64,000 nucleotides of DNA from Methanobacteriota archaeon. Lineage in GTDB: Archaea > Thermoplasmatota > Poseidoniia > MGIII > CG-Epi1. The notes beneath the pieces were generated by a model. That model saw only the letters and a program-made list of their open reading frames with translations. It had not been told where the DNA came from and did no database searches. The position numbers were made by a program, and so were the translations under genes. The DNA lies in contig NYZZ01000041.1 of assembly GCA_002687355.1 (NCBI GenBank), positions 38,156 through 102,155 on the forward strand. Reading direction: 5' to 3'. Positions 36,497-47,446 of this stretch are shown here, piece by piece. Position 1 is the stretch's first letter. Each line of letters opens with the position of its first letter.

Positions 36497-38763
36497 GTCT
36501 CACTGGAAGGATTGTAGATAACGCTCACGGCACCGGTACCTAGATGCACTGGCTGGCCAACAATAATATTCTCAGCGACGCCGGTTAGCACATCCTCTTC
36601 ACCAGTCAGCCCGGCCAGCAGCAGGTGAGTGGAGGTAATCTCGAACGCTGCTCGCGCCAGGACAGAGGTTTTCGCCCCTGAAATGCCGTGGCGACCGATA
36701 GCGCGTATGTTGCCGTTGTTGGTCATTACGTCAGCCACCAGCAGATTGTGGCGCATATCGACTACAAGCCCCTGCTCTTCCAGCGTTTCGTTCAGTTCGT
36801 AGGCAATTGCGGTCCGCGTCGCCTCGACGCCAAGCACCGCGCGTATTTCATGCAGTGAGTTGGTGGAGGTTCGGGCTAGGTCGACTCGCTCCATTTCCAG
36901 TATTTCCTTCAAGTTGGACCCTTCGGTGAAGATAATGTACTCGTCCTTTTCCTTGCGCACAATGGCGCGGGCGATAGAGGTGATACCGTCTACTTTCGCC
37001 CGCCGCACCTTTTCCTCCAAGACGTAGAGTTTCTTGAACGACGGCTCAGGTTCCGACATAACAATAGAGTCGCCTTCGATGGTGATATCGCACCGCAGGC
37101 GGGCAGATTTGCGGATGCGCGCCCCGAAGTCGGTGAGCGTGATACCACGCTTCTTCAGCTCCTTCATGTTTGGTTCAACCACCAGTCTCAGGTTGGTCAT
37201 GTCGGTACGGATGTCAGCTAGGCTACCCGCCGAGCGCGACTCGATGCGTGACGCTAAGTCGAGCGCCGCTTCACGGTCAGTTGCGTGCTGCGGTTCGAGG
37301 AAAACTTCCATAATTGGAGTTTTTGGCTCTCGTCTTGCATCGACAATCTCGATTAGCCTCGGCAGCCCTAGCGTCACGTTCATCTCTGCCACGCCAGCAT
37401 AGTGGAAGGTGCGCATGGTCATCTGCGTCCCCGGCTCGCCGATAGACTGCGCGGCAATGATGCCGACCGCCTCTGTAGCATCGACACTTGATAGAGTGCA
37501 CTGCTCAACCGCTCGCTGAGTGATTTCGCTGAATTGCTTCGCCGAGAGTTTGCGTCCGACACTTCGCTTCGCTAGTTGGCGCACAATACCATGCGGCAGC
37601 GTGGCGCCTTGCTTTTCTAGAGCTTTCTGCAGCTTTGTTTCAGTTGCGACCAGTTCTTCGTAATAGGCTACCAGTTCTCCGATCGCTTTTTGCTTGAGCC
37701 TTTCGCGCTCAGTTTTCATCACAATTTCCTTGCGGTAGTGCTCCGGCAGTTTTCCCGTCAGTTTTAGTGCCCGGGTACGGAAGGGGTTGAGCTTTCGTTT
37801 AACAACATCATCGGCCAGCGTCTCGACTAATTTCGTTTTATCAATGGGAGAGGGCTGCACCAGTTCCTGCGCGGCAGCCGCCTCGGCCACCCTGCGGAAC
37901 TCTTCCAGACGAGTCTGTGGAACCTCGGCTGCTTTCAACTCTATGTCAGTTGCGGCGGCAGCCTGACTCGCGAGATGCAAGCCGGCACCGAATAGCCCCG
38001 CAGCGGTTTTCTCGGAGAAGCCTAGCTCGGTGTAGAGGTTGCGTGATGCGATACGCTCCTGCTCGAATCGCAGTCGATCGCGCTCCAAGTCGAAAGTGTC
38101 CTCAATCTGGGTGTAGTTGCGCGCCGATCGTACTGGCTTACCATCCATCTTCTGGAATTCATTCAATCGCAGCGTACGCGGCAGCTCGACCAGCCGTGCA
38201 ACGCGTAAGAAAGTGACGTAAGGCTCCTGCATATGCTGCGGTAGCAACGCTTTTGCCTCATCTGGAATATTAGGTCGGTCGAACGAAACCACCTCCGAGA
38301 TAACAGATAGAAAGCGGATACCGTGCGCTTCCTTTAGATAGATATAGCCGCTAAAGGGTGGTCGGAATTGTTTGGCATTGACTGGGAATGCGACTCCCAC
38401 CAGAGTCTCACCGCGCCGACCCATATGCTCGCGAATCTCATCAATAGTATATCCTTCTGGCAGTGACCAGATTACACCCAGCTTCTTTTCGACCCTCCGC
38501 AGCGCGGCTTCGGCTGAGACTACCCCTTCGCCAGTAGCCTCTTCTTCCTGTGCGCCAGCGATGACCGCCTCGCGATCAACTTGCCGGTTGCCCACAGATT
38601 CGACTAGTTCTAGGATTTCGCGGAAATGGAATTGCTTGCACAAATCTTCCAAGCTCGCTTTCTTGAGCGACCCGAGCTGATATCCGGCGTCGACTGCCTT
38701 CTCGGCTAGCGCCAGCGTCATACCGCGCCGCTCGAGCGCCCGAATGGTGTCGAAACGGGCCAT
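36493..38763 (-). CDS. rpoA2: DNA-directed RNA polymerase subunit A'' with ~340-aa N-terminal extension
   Basis: Canonical A'' begins around residue 340 (…[27 protein letters not shown]…) and runs to the end. The N-terminal 340 aa are extra, with HhH-like segments ([27 protein letters not shown]; [21 protein letters not shown]). ATGA overlap with the rpoA1 stop. Confidence 0.85.
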   Translation of the reverse strand: MARFDTIRALERRGMTLALAEKAVDAGYQLGSLKKASLEDLCKQFHFREILELVESVGNRQVDREAVIAGAQEEEATGEGVVSAEAALRRVEKKLGVIWSLPEGYTIDEIREHMGRRGETLVGVAFPVNAKQFRPPFSGYIYLKEAHGIRFLSVISEVVSFDRPNIPDEAKALLPQHMQEPYVTFLRVARLVELPRTLRLNEFQKMDGKPVRSARNYTQIEDTFDLERDRLRFEQERIASRNLYTELGFSEKTAAGLFGAGLHLASQAAAATDIELKAAEVPQTRLEEFRRVAEAAAAQELVQPSPIDKTKLVETLADDVVKRKLNPFRTRALKLTGKLPEHYRKEIVMKTERERLKQKAIGELVAYYEELVATETKLQKALEKQGATLPHGIVRQLAKRSVGRKLSAKQFSEITQRAVEQCTLSSVDATEAVGIIAAQSIGEPGTQMTMRTFHYAGVAEMNVTLGLPRLIEIVDARREPKTPIMEVFLEPQHATDREAALDLASRIESRSAGSLADIRTDMTNLRLVVEPNMKELKKRGITLTDFGARIRKSARLRCDITIEGDSIVMSEPEPSFKKLYVLEEKVRRAKVDGITSIARAIVRKEKDEYIIFTEGSNLKEILEMERVDLARTSTNSLHEIRAVLGVEATRTAIAYELNETLEEQGLVVDMRHNLLVADVMTNNGNIRAIGRHGISGAKTSVLARAAFEITSTHLLLAGLTGEEDVLTGVAENIIVGQPVHLGTGAVSVIYNPSSET

Positions 38764-41438
38764 TAGGTGTTGCCTCCCGCGACCGCACTAACAATACCCT
38801 CGACGTCAACTCCTTTCCCATCCTTGCTGCGCGTCGGGTCAATACCGTCCCCGCCGTAGCGGAATTGCACCACCGTGTTAGCAGTGTTGCGCACGGTACC
38901 GTCGTACTTGACGCGCAAATCCTCGAGGGCGTTTACCAGCCGTCGCTGCATATAGCCTGAGCGACTAGTGCGTACGGCAGTGTCGACTAGCCCTTCGCGA
39001 CCTCCCATGGAGTGGAAGAAGTACTCAGTTGGATTCAAGCCCTGTTTGTAACTGGAGCGAACAAACCCTTTAGCCTCGGCCCCAAGGTCGTTCTTGTTGA
39101 AATGCGAGAGCGTGCGTTTGTTGTAGCCGCGTGAGACACGCTCACCTCGTATAGCCTGCTGACCAATGCTGCCTGCCATTTGTGACAGGTTTAGCATGCT
39201 GCCGCGCGCTCCAGAGCGCGCCATGATAACCGCGAAATTGTCCATGCCAAGGTGCCAGCCAGCGATTTCGCCGGCGCGATCACGTGCCTCTCCCAATTTT
39301 TTCATCACCTCGACCTCTAGCGTTTCCTCTAGGCTGCGGCCGGGTCGCCGCTCGAGTTTGCCTTTGTTGTAGGCTGCAGCTAGCTTGTCGACGCCAGTCA
39401 TCGCTTCCTCCATTGCATCGCTGATTTGCAGTGACGCCTCGGCCGGGATGTCCTCATCATCGATGCCAGTGGTGCACCCCGTCTCCATCAGTGCGCCGAC
39501 GGCGAGGCGGGTGACGCGATCAATGAACTTGCGTGCCTCAGTCGGTCCCTTGAGGCGTGAAATTTCCTCGAGGATAATTCCCTTAAAGGCAGAGATGGAG
39601 CGGCCGTCGACTGGTCCTCGCAGCATCTCACCATTCTTAATTTCGACAATCGTATCCAGCTCGGCATTCTCTTTTTCGCTGCGGTCAGCAAAAAAGACCG
39701 AGGCGTTGAACTTCAGGTTCATGTCATCTGGTAGTAGGGCTGAAAAAATCTGCCGTCCCGACCAGCGGGGACCGTCAGCAGTCTTGGGCCAGGCTGGCTT
39801 TGGCAATGTACCTTGGAAGTCGATGCGCGACAGGATGCGCACCGTCTGGTCGTGGTCGTAGTTGGCGTCACCGTGGGTTAACAGGAACATACCGGTGATG
39901 TGGTCATGGATAGCGCCAATCACAGCGCCGCCGAAGCGAGGTGAGCGAATGTGCTCCTGCACCCGCATTAGGATGCGCGCTTCTGCTCGTGCCTCTTCGG
40001 ACTGAACGACGTGCAGGTTCATCTCGTCCCCGTCGAAGTCGGCGTTGTAGGGGGGGCAAACGCAGAGGTTGATACGGAAAGTTTTACCCTTCATAATCCG
40101 CACCTCGTGCGCCATCATCGACATGCGATGTAGCGACGGCTGCCTGTTGAACAACACTATGTCGCCGTCCATCAGGTGGCGCTCGACAATATAGCCAGGC
40201 TCAAGCCGCTCTTGGTTGAACTCCCAATTTTCTTCGCTTAGCTTGACGCGTCGCCCATCGGGACGCACCATGTAGTTGATTCCAGGGATGTAACGCTCTG
40301 CGTCGGTAGGTTCGAAATTCTCCTTCATCAGCCATTTCATGAACTGTAGATTATGGATGTTCACTCGCACTGGAATAGTCAGCTCACGCGCTGCCATCTC
40401 AGGGACGCCAACCTGGTTGATACTCAGGTAAGGGTCGGGCGTAATCACGGTGCGGGCCGAGAAATTGACGCGTTTGCCACTCAAGTTGGAGCGGAACCTA
40501 CCTTCCTTACCTTTGAGCCGCTGGATGATGGTTTTCAGCGGCCGCCCGCTGCGGTGGCGCGCGGTGGGGATACCAGCGGTTTGATTGTCAAAATAGGTCG
40601 TAATGTGGTACTGCAGTAGCTCCCACAGGTCGTCAATAATCAGTTGCGGGGCGCCGGCGTCGCGGTTTTCGCGCAGTCGCTGGTTGATGCGTAGCACATC
40701 GACTAGCTTATGGGTCAGGTCGTCCTCTGACCGCTCGCCACTTTCGAGCGTGATAGTGGGGCGCACCGAGACAGGTGGCACAGGGAGTACGGTGAGCACC
40801 ATGTATTCAGGGCGCGTGGTTTCAGGATTGAATCCGAGCGGCCACAGGTCACCGTCTGGAATCTTCTCCAGCCGGCTGCGGACGTCGCGCGGAGTGAGCT
40901 TGTGCCCTCCCTCGCGGAAAGTGGTTGGCTTGTCGAGCGTTAGCTTAATTTTCCTCTCGTTGCAATGGGGGCAGGTCTTCTGCTTGACGGTTTCGCGGAT
41001 TGCGCGTCGGATGAATTCCTGCATTGTGACCGTGGTCCCCGCCTCCGATTCTTGGATGGCGCGTATTTGGGAGGTATAGGTATCGATGCGCTCCTGTGGT
41101 AGTAGCATCCGTCCGCATGCTGGCGCTGCGCAGGTAGAAGCGAGAACGTCCTTGATGTTCTTGTTGTAGCCAGCGTGGATAACCGGCAGCGCGAAATCGA
41201 TATGGCCGAAGTGACCGGGGCACTCATCCAGTTTCTGGCTACAGGTCTTGCAGCGCAGGCCGGGTTCGATAACGCCTAGATGCATGTCCATCAGCCCCAG
41301 CGGGATTGGAAACCCGTCATTGTCGTAGGTGTCGGCGGTGATGATCTTAGTTCCACCAGAGAGTTTGCGGATATCGTCTGGTGACATCAGCCCGAAGTCA
41401 ATGCTGCTAATACGCTTGGGAATCATGTGCCGAATCAC
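38763..41438 (-). CDS. rpoA1: DNA-directed RNA polymerase subunit A'
   Basis: 891 aa. N-terminal zinc-binding clamp (C..C..H...C), NADFDGD active site ([14 protein letters not shown]). Confidence 0.9.
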   Translation of the reverse strand: MIRHMIPKRISSIDFGLMSPDDIRKLSGGTKIITADTYDNDGFPIPLGLMDMHLGVIEPGLRCKTCSQKLDECPGHFGHIDFALPVIHAGYNKNIKDVLASTCAAPACGRMLLPQERIDTYTSQIRAIQESEAGTTVTMQEFIRRAIRETVKQKTCPHCNERKIKLTLDKPTTFREGGHKLTPRDVRSRLEKIPDGDLWPLGFNPETTRPEYMVLTVLPVPPVSVRPTITLESGERSEDDLTHKLVDVLRINQRLRENRDAGAPQLIIDDLWELLQYHITTYFDNQTAGIPTARHRSGRPLKTIIQRLKGKEGRFRSNLSGKRVNFSARTVITPDPYLSINQVGVPEMAARELTIPVRVNIHNLQFMKWLMKENFEPTDAERYIPGINYMVRPDGRRVKLSEENWEFNQERLEPGYIVERHLMDGDIVLFNRQPSLHRMSMMAHEVRIMKGKTFRINLCVCPPYNADFDGDEMNLHVVQSEEARAEARILMRVQEHIRSPRFGGAVIGAIHDHITGMFLLTHGDANYDHDQTVRILSRIDFQGTLPKPAWPKTADGPRWSGRQIFSALLPDDMNLKFNASVFFADRSEKENAELDTIVEIKNGEMLRGPVDGRSISAFKGIILEEISRLKGPTEARKFIDRVTRLAVGALMETGCTTGIDDEDIPAEASLQISDAMEEAMTGVDKLAAAYNKGKLERRPGRSLEETLEVEVMKKLGEARDRAGEIAGWHLGMDNFAVIMARSGARGSMLNLSQMAGSIGQQAIRGERVSRGYNKRTLSHFNKNDLGAEAKGFVRSSYKQGLNPTEYFFHSMGGREGLVDTAVRTSRSGYMQRRLVNALEDLRVKYDGTVRNTANTVVQFRYGGDGIDPTRSKDGKGVDVEGIVSAVAGGNT

Positions 41439-44400
41439 GAGCGATCCTCCAGCCTCAGTTTGGCAGCGATTCCGAGTGCTTTCAATTCTTCTAGTAGCAG
41501 TTTGAAGGCATACGACATGTCGACCGGATAGATGGCAGTGTTGTCTCCCATCGGCGAACTGAGCACCCCACGTCGGTCCTTGTAAGCCAGATGGCCCGAG
41601 CGCCCATCGACGAATTGGGTAGTTTTATCACTCTCATCAAGTAATCGATCTTTGATAACCATCGAGACGCCATGGCCGATGAGGCAGTCGCGCTCCATTT
41701 CGCCGAATCGCAGGCCACCCATGCGGGCACGCCCTTCAGTCGGCTGGCGTGTCAGCAGCTGCATTGGCCCGCGGCTGCGCGCGTGCAGCTTGCCGCTGAC
41801 CATGTGGTGCAGTTTCTGGTAGTAGATGACACCAATAAAAATATCAGCGTCGATACGACGGCCGGTTTGCCCGTCATAGAGTGACTCACGGCCGGAGTGT
41901 TTGAAGCCGTGGTCGGCCAGCTCACCACGCAAGTAATCTTCCTTCTCGCCAGAGAAGGCGCTACCGTCGATGAATCGCCCAGCCATGGCACCCACCTTGC
42001 CGCCCACCATCTCCAACACATGTGCGATAGTCATGCGGCTCGGAATGGCGTGTGGATTGATAATCAGGTCCGGGACGATGCCAGTGGCGGTGAAGGGCAT
42101 CCCCTCCGAAGAGACGATGTGACCGATAACCCCTTTCTGGCCGTGTCGGCTAGCGAATTTATCTCCTAATTCGGGGATGCGCTGATCGCGAACACGGATG
42201 CGCGCGATGCGCGATCCGTTTTCAGTCTCGGAAAGCATTACCGAGTCGACAGTACCTTTCTCCCCATGACGCACTGTTAGCGACGACTCGCGCACGCGTG
42301 CTGGCGTCATGAAATCCGTCGGCTCGGCAAGGAAACGGGGCGGACTGGTCTTGCCGATAAGCACTTCGCGACCACGTAGTTCCACTTCAGGGTAAATCAG
42401 CCCATCTTCCTCCAGATTGAAGTATGCATCTTCGGAGCGCGCACCGCGCACTTCCGGGTCGGGGATGAGAAAACGGTCCTCCTGTCCGCCAGGGTAGCGC
42501 CGTTCCTCCGAAATGTAGGAGCGCATGAAGCTGGAACGACCGATGCCGCGATCAATCGAGCCGCGGTTGAAGATGAGCGCGTCCTCCATGTTGTAGCCAT
42601 GGTAGCTCATTACTGCTACGACCATGTTCTGACCTGCTGGACGCGTGAGCAAGGTGTTATGCTTCATCGCCTCGGTCTGTACCATCGGTTTCTGGGCGTA
42701 GTGCAGCAGATGGCCACGCGTGTCGGGCCGCAACCGATAGTTGGACTGCCCCATGCCAAGAGATTGCTTCGACATGCCGGCCCCCATTGTGCAACGCGGT
42801 GAGGAGTTGTACTCCGGGAAGGGAACGTTAGATGTTGCGACGCCTAGGATGACCATTGGATCAACTTCCATGTGTGTGTAGGCGTGCGTTTTTCGGTTGC
42901 GTTTCAGATCTTCCTCATTAAGTGCAATGAGGCAGTCTTCCTCCTCTTCGGCGTCAATGTACTCGACAAGCCCCATGTCAAGTAGGTCTTCCCAGACTAG
43001 CTTTCCAGCCTCGAGGCGGTCAATGTGCTTCTTCCCGAGCGCCAGCTTGTTGTTACGGTGGATTAGCAGCAGCGGCCGTCGGATTCGTCCCGGGTCGCTA
43101 TTGACCAGCACGTCATTTAGATGATCTTCATGACGTACGTTGACTGTATGACTCAGGCGTGCCTGTCTCCGCAATCCCCTCAGCCTTTCAACCAAGTTAC
43201 GGGGTTCCGGTGTGCAGCCTGCCAAGTCGCCGTTGAAGTAGACCTTACCCCACTTCTCTTGCAGGTTCTCGAGCGGCTGCATGTCCAACTCACGCAGCGT
43301 TTCGAGCACCTCGTCAGGAGGCAGGTTTTCCGCAACATCAACCATCAGTGCCAAATTCTTCACTAGTCCGCAGTTCTGCCCTTCCGGCGTCTCGTTAGGG
43401 CAGAGCCGTCCGAACTGGGTTGAGTGTAGGTCACGTGCTTGGAAGTGAGGTTGGCTACGTGTCAGAGGCGAAATAACTCGCCGCAGGTGGCTCAGCGTTG
43501 CCATGTTGCAGGTACGGTCGAGCAACTGTGACACACCAGCTCGGCCACCAATCCAGTTTCCCGTCGCCATGGCGTGCATTATTTTGTTGGTCAGAACGTC
43601 GCGTCGGATAGCGTTTTTGACCCGCTTTTCCTTGCGCTTGGTGTAGGAACGCTCCATCTGGTATTTCATGTCGTTGAGCAGCGCCTGCAGACCAGCGCGG
43701 AACAATTCCTCCATCAGGTTGCCCGCAAGCTTGAGCCGTTTGTTGGCGTAGTGGTCCTTGTCATCCGGTTCTCGCGTTCCGGTCGCTAGCTCCAGTACCT
43801 CACGCGCCATGCGCCCTAGGAAAAGCGCTTTCTTGTACCGCACCTCTAGACTAGTTGAGAGGTGCGGCAGCAGAGTGTTGTCGAGAATATAGTTGATGCG
43901 CTTGCGCCGGTATTCTTTAGATTGCCCGGCTGCAAAGCGTCGTTCCAGATACTCCAGTGCCTCCTCAGTAGTATAGACCTGCTCTTCGCGGTGGATGCCC
44001 TCGATGTTGGCCAGAACAAGGTTCCGCGTTGCATCGTCATTGGTGATAGCTTCCATGATGTCGTCAGCAGATTCCATCCCCAGTGCCATCATCAGTACCA
44101 CTAGCGGAACCCCTCCTGAGGCAACAGGGATAGAAACATGCAGGATGCCATCCTTTTTCTTCTCAACCATGGTCAGTGCACGGAATCCTTCACGCTGCGA
44201 GAATACCTTGGCGAATTCAGTCTGTCGCTGGTATCGAGCCTCGCGCTCCACCATCACTCGGTTGGGTGCTAGGTCTTCAAGGCATACGAGCACCCGCTCG
44301 GTGCCATTGATAATGAAGTAGCCACCCGGATCTTCCGGATCCTCCTGCTCCAGTTGCAGGATAGTGGCGTATTCGTTGTCTGTAAAGCCTCCATCAGATC

Positions 44401-44908
44401 CCAGCCGCTTTTCGTACTTGGTGCGGAGGTATTCGCTCTCCCGGTGCAGGTTGCAGCGTGTTGACTTTACCATTACTGGCATCATCCCGATTTCCTCCTC
44501 TCCTGCCTCGATTTCGAGTTCTTCTTCGATAACGGTGAATTCTAGGAAGACGGGCGCAGCGTATGTGAGGTTGCGCAGTCGCGCCATCATTGGCGTCGCC
44601 ATCGACTGCGAGCCGTTTGCTTCGACCACCATCGGCTGCCCCATCCGCGCCTTGCCAAGCTTTACAACAACATCCAGATCGCCTAGTTCGAGCCGGACTG
44701 AACCTCGCATGCTCTCGTCTGTGCCAACAGCAATATTGTTGACAACGCGTTGCATCCAGGGTGCAGAATTGCCTTTGTGTGGCAGGAAATCGTTGTATGA
44801 ACCCAGCTGATGGTTCACCAGTGCCGCACTCGTACCTGCCGCATTCTTGCTCTGGAAGAAAGCCCTGATAAGCGGATGGTCCTCATTATGCCGCCGCATC
44901 TGTGTCAT
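41435..44908 (-). CDS. rpoB: DNA-directed RNA polymerase subunit B (unsplit B''+B')
   Basis: 1157-aa single ORF covering both halves of the beta-like subunit. C-terminal zinc site and the GDKFASRHGQKGV motif are present. Confidence 0.9.
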   Translation of the reverse strand: MTQMRRHNEDHPLIRAFFQSKNAAGTSAALVNHQLGSYNDFLPHKGNSAPWMQRVVNNIAVGTDESMRGSVRLELGDLDVVVKLGKARMGQPMVVEANGSQSMATPMMARLRNLTYAAPVFLEFTVIEEELEIEAGEEEIGMMPVMVKSTRCNLHRESEYLRTKYEKRLGSDGGFTDNEYATILQLEQEDPEDPGGYFIINGTERVLVCLEDLAPNRVMVEREARYQRQTEFAKVFSQREGFRALTMVEKKKDGILHVSIPVASGGVPLVVLMMALGMESADDIMEAITNDDATRNLVLANIEGIHREEQVYTTEEALEYLERRFAAGQSKEYRRKRINYILDNTLLPHLSTSLEVRYKKALFLGRMAREVLELATGTREPDDKDHYANKRLKLAGNLMEELFRAGLQALLNDMKYQMERSYTKRKEKRVKNAIRRDVLTNKIMHAMATGNWIGGRAGVSQLLDRTCNMATLSHLRRVISPLTRSQPHFQARDLHSTQFGRLCPNETPEGQNCGLVKNLALMVDVAENLPPDEVLETLRELDMQPLENLQEKWGKVYFNGDLAGCTPEPRNLVERLRGLRRQARLSHTVNVRHEDHLNDVLVNSDPGRIRRPLLLIHRNNKLALGKKHIDRLEAGKLVWEDLLDMGLVEYIDAEEEEDCLIALNEEDLKRNRKTHAYTHMEVDPMVILGVATSNVPFPEYNSSPRCTMGAGMSKQSLGMGQSNYRLRPDTRGHLLHYAQKPMVQTEAMKHNTLLTRPAGQNMVVAVMSYHGYNMEDALIFNRGSIDRGIGRSSFMRSYISEERRYPGGQEDRFLIPDPEVRGARSEDAYFNLEEDGLIYPEVELRGREVLIGKTSPPRFLAEPTDFMTPARVRESSLTVRHGEKGTVDSVMLSETENGSRIARIRVRDQRIPELGDKFASRHGQKGVIGHIVSSEGMPFTATGIVPDLIINPHAIPSRMTIAHVLEMVGGKVGAMAGRFIDGSAFSGEKEDYLRGELADHGFKHSGRESLYDGQTGRRIDADIFIGVIYYQKLHHMVSGKLHARSRGPMQLLTRQPTEGRARMGGLRFGEMERDCLIGHGVSMVIKDRLLDESDKTTQFVDGRSGHLAYKDRRGVLSSPMGDNTAIYPVDMSYAFKLLLEELKALGIAAKLRLEDRS

Positions 44909-45114
44909 TCTACCACCTGGCGATACGCTAGGTTAATCCCGGCTCGCTCATCGACTCGTTCGATTTCAATAACATCACCCGTGGCAATATCATCACCCAG
45001 CGCCTGCACTGCTGGGTCTGTTTTCAGAATTCTGGGCAGCTGCTCAACACTGACGTTCAATATTGCCAGCTTTTCAGTAGCTTGTTTCGGCTCTAGCCGT
45101 CGATGCCTAGGCAC
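44905..45114 (-). CDS. rpoH: DNA-directed RNA polymerase subunit H (Rpb5 homologue)
   Basis: 69 aa, PRILKTDPAVQALG...GDVIEIER. First gene of the rpoH-B-A1-A2 operon. Confidence 0.85.
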   Translation of the reverse strand: MPRHRRLEPKQATEKLAILNVSVEQLPRILKTDPAVQALGDDIATGDVIEIERVDERAGINLAYRQVVE

Positions 45115-45189
45115 AAGCTTATGGTGCCACAGAAATTCGTCTTCCAGACTACTTCACCTTCCTTGTCGCACTTACTCTCCTGCTATCGG

Positions 45190-45263
45190 CGGGCCTGAAG
45201 GGATTCGAACCCTTGACCGTCCGGTTAAAAGCCGGACGCTCTACCTGGCTAAGCTACAGGCCC
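45190..45263 (-). tRNA. tRNA-Lys (anticodon UUU)
   Basis: Minus-strand sequence GGGCCTGTAGCTTAGCCAGGTAGAGCGTCCGGCTTTTAACCGGACGGTCAAGGGTTCGAATCCCTTCAGGCCCG. 7-bp acceptor stem. Anticodon stem CCGGC/GCCGG with loop CTTTTAA. T-loop GGTTCGAATCC. CCA not encoded. Confidence 0.8.
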
Positions 45264-45414
45264 TTCTACGCACCGCCGACACCCTGGGAGCGGGTCGCCA
45301 AACAAGCGCGCTATTTAAGAATTACTATTTTTAATAGTTTTGACGAACTTTTCCACGATGATAGTAGCCCATTTTCACTTCTAGAGCGACACCCGTGTGG
45401 ACTTTGCAGCCACC

Positions 45415-45422
45415 ATTATAAA
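45415..45422 (+). promoter_or_regulatory. TATA box (ttataaaa) ~25 bp upstream of glpX GTG start, implying a leaderless transcript
   Basis: caccattataaaaccgcgcg is located 22-29 bp before GTG 45444. Confidence 0.5.
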
Positions 45423-45443
45423 ACCGCGCGCAATCACGGACGC

Positions 45444-46397
45444 GTGGGACCTGTAGCTGAGCTGGCGCTGGAGTTTCTGCGCGCTACCGAGGCAGCCGCT
45501 ATCGCCGCTGGGCGCATGCGCGGTTGCGGTGACAACAAGGCAGCTGATGCCGCTGCGGTGACTGCAATGCGCGCCATCTTTGATACAATTGCTTTCGATG
45601 GCCGCGTCGCTATCGGTGAGGGCGAGCGTGACGATGCTCCAATGCTTTGGATTGGCGAGCCGCTTGGTTCATGCCAAGGGGACTTTGGAGCGGTGGCGGT
45701 AGATATTGCCGTAGATCCACTCGAGTGCACCAACAACTGTGCTCGCAACGAGCCCGACGCACTAGCGGTAATGGCAGCGGCGCCGCGGGGCTCACTATTA
45801 CACGCACCTGATTGCTACATGAACAAGATTGCAGGCCCACCAGAGTTGGCCGGGCATGTCAGTCTCGATGCGTCTGTCGCTGACAACTTGGCAGCAGCGG
45901 CGAATGTGTTGGGGAAGCCAGTATCTGAGGTTCGGGTCATTGTTCTGAAGCGGTCGCGCCACAAGCGTTTGATTGCTGAAATTCACGCGGCCGGTGCGAG
46001 ACTGCAGTTGATTGGCGACGGCGACATCGCGGGTGCGCTGCGCGCTGCGACTGGCGAAGTCGATCTGTTGCTGGGTATCGGTGCCGCGCCCGAGGGAGTA
46101 ATCGCTGCTACTGCGTTGCGCGGAATCGGTGGTGTTTTCGAAGGACGGCTTCATTTCCACGAGCCGGAGTTCCGGTCACGCGCGGTCGAGATGCTAGGTG
46201 AAGACGTCGACCGACTTTGGCAACGCGACGAGCTTTGCACATCTGACGACGCAGTTTTCGTCGCGACTGGCGTCTGCGACGGCTGGCTTCCCGGGCCCAA
46301 AGCCGGAGAAGGCGGGACAGTGACGACTAGCCGCATCATCACGGTAGCTGATGGTCGTGACGAAATAATCCGACACGAGCACGCGCCAGCCTCTTAA
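45444..46397 (+). CDS. glpX: class II fructose-1,6-bisphosphatase / sedoheptulose-bisphosphatase (GlpX type)
   Basis: LALEFLRATEAAAIAAGRMRGCGDNKAADAAAVTAMR...DPLECTNN is GlpX-like. There is no in-frame ATG; GTG 45444 gives a 317-aa product of normal GlpX length. The ORF track opens at 45213, overlapping the tRNA. Confidence 0.7.
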   Translation: MGPVAELALEFLRATEAAAIAAGRMRGCGDNKAADAAAVTAMRAIFDTIAFDGRVAIGEGERDDAPMLWIGEPLGSCQGDFGAVAVDIAVDPLECTNNCARNEPDALAVMAAAPRGSLLHAPDCYMNKIAGPPELAGHVSLDASVADNLAAAANVLGKPVSEVRVIVLKRSRHKRLIAEIHAAGARLQLIGDGDIAGALRAATGEVDLLLGIGAAPEGVIAATALRGIGGVFEGRLHFHEPEFRSRAVEMLGEDVDRLWQRDELCTSDDAVFVATGVCDGWLPGPKAGEGGTVTTSRIITVADGRDEIIRHEHAPAS

Positions 46398-46418
46398 GCT
46401 GCGCGAGCCTCGGGACAC

Positions 46419-47438
46419 ATGGACAGAGCAGCCCTCGAAGCAACGGCTCACGCACTGGCGGCGCCAGGCAAGGGAATCTTGGCGGCTGATGAGTCGAACC
46501 CCACAATGGGCAAGCGCCTGTCGCAGATTGGGATGCCGAACGAGGAGCGGCTACGACGTGAATTCCGCGAGACGTTATTCACCACGTCAGAAATGGAGAA
46601 TTATATTTCCGGTGTTATCCTGTTCGACGAAACGCTACGGCAGTCGGCCAGCAACAACCGCAGTATGGTTGAAATCCTGCAGTCGAAAGGAGTCATCCCT
46701 GGCATCAAGGTTGATGGCGGTGCGCACTCTATGGATAGCGCACCGGACGAGAAGCTGACCACCGGTCTTGATGGGCTAGCAGAGCGATGCACTGAGTACT
46801 ATACGCTGGGCGCTCGCTTCGACAAGTGGCGCGCCGTGATTACTATAAGTGACAATCTCCCTAGCGCGGCGTGTGTGCAGGCTAATGCAGACGCGCTGGC
46901 TGACTATGCCCGTATTTCGCAGGGCGCCGGTCTCGTGCCGATTATCGAGCCAGAGGTACTGATGGACGGTACTCATTCCATCGCGCGCTGCTACGAAGTC
47001 AGTGAGTGGACGCTCAACACAGTTTATGCGGCTCTCGCGGACCGCGGGGTGCACTTGCCAGGTACACTACTCAAGCCTAGTATGGTCAACTCTGCCAGTG
47101 ACGCCGACAACCGCGCCGACGTAGAGAAAGTTGCCAGTGAGACACTGCGCTGCCTCAAGGCAACGGCCCCGGCCGAGGTGCCGGGCATCATGTTCCTCTC
47201 CGGCGGCCAGTCCGAGACGGAGGCGACAGCGCACCTCAGCGCGATGAATGCGATGGGTGGTGGGCCGTGGGAACTTTCCTTCTCCTACGGGCGTGCGCTA
47301 CAGCAGTCAGCACTCTATGCGTGGGGCGGTGATTCGGCCAACTGCACTACAGCACAGGCAGCGTTTCTGCATCGAGCACAGCTAAACGGCGCTGCGCGCT
47401 ATGGGTCTTACACGGCAGCGATGGAAGCTGAAGCTTAA
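46419..47438 (+). CDS. fba: fructose-bisphosphate aldolase, class I (eukaryotic/bacterial type, not archaeal DhnA type)
   Basis: GKGILAADESNPTMGKRL...GIKVDGG... with the Schiff-base lysine region. 339 aa. Confidence 0.8.
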   Translation: MDRAALEATAHALAAPGKGILAADESNPTMGKRLSQIGMPNEERLRREFRETLFTTSEMENYISGVILFDETLRQSASNNRSMVEILQSKGVIPGIKVDGGAHSMDSAPDEKLTTGLDGLAERCTEYYTLGARFDKWRAVITISDNLPSAACVQANADALADYARISQGAGLVPIIEPEVLMDGTHSIARCYEVSEWTLNTVYAALADRGVHLPGTLLKPSMVNSASDADNRADVEKVASETLRCLKATAPAEVPGIMFLSGGQSETEATAHLSAMNAMGGGPWELSFSYGRALQQSALYAWGGDSANCTTAQAAFLHRAQLNGAARYGSYTAAMEAEA

Positions 47439-47446
47439 CAAAATCT

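Noticed and set aside
45213-45443. Upstream extension of the glpX ORF that overlaps the tRNA-Lys gene
   Set aside because: It contains no in-frame ATG and overlaps a tRNA. The GlpX homology begins at the GTG at 45444, which is preceded by a TATA box at -26.
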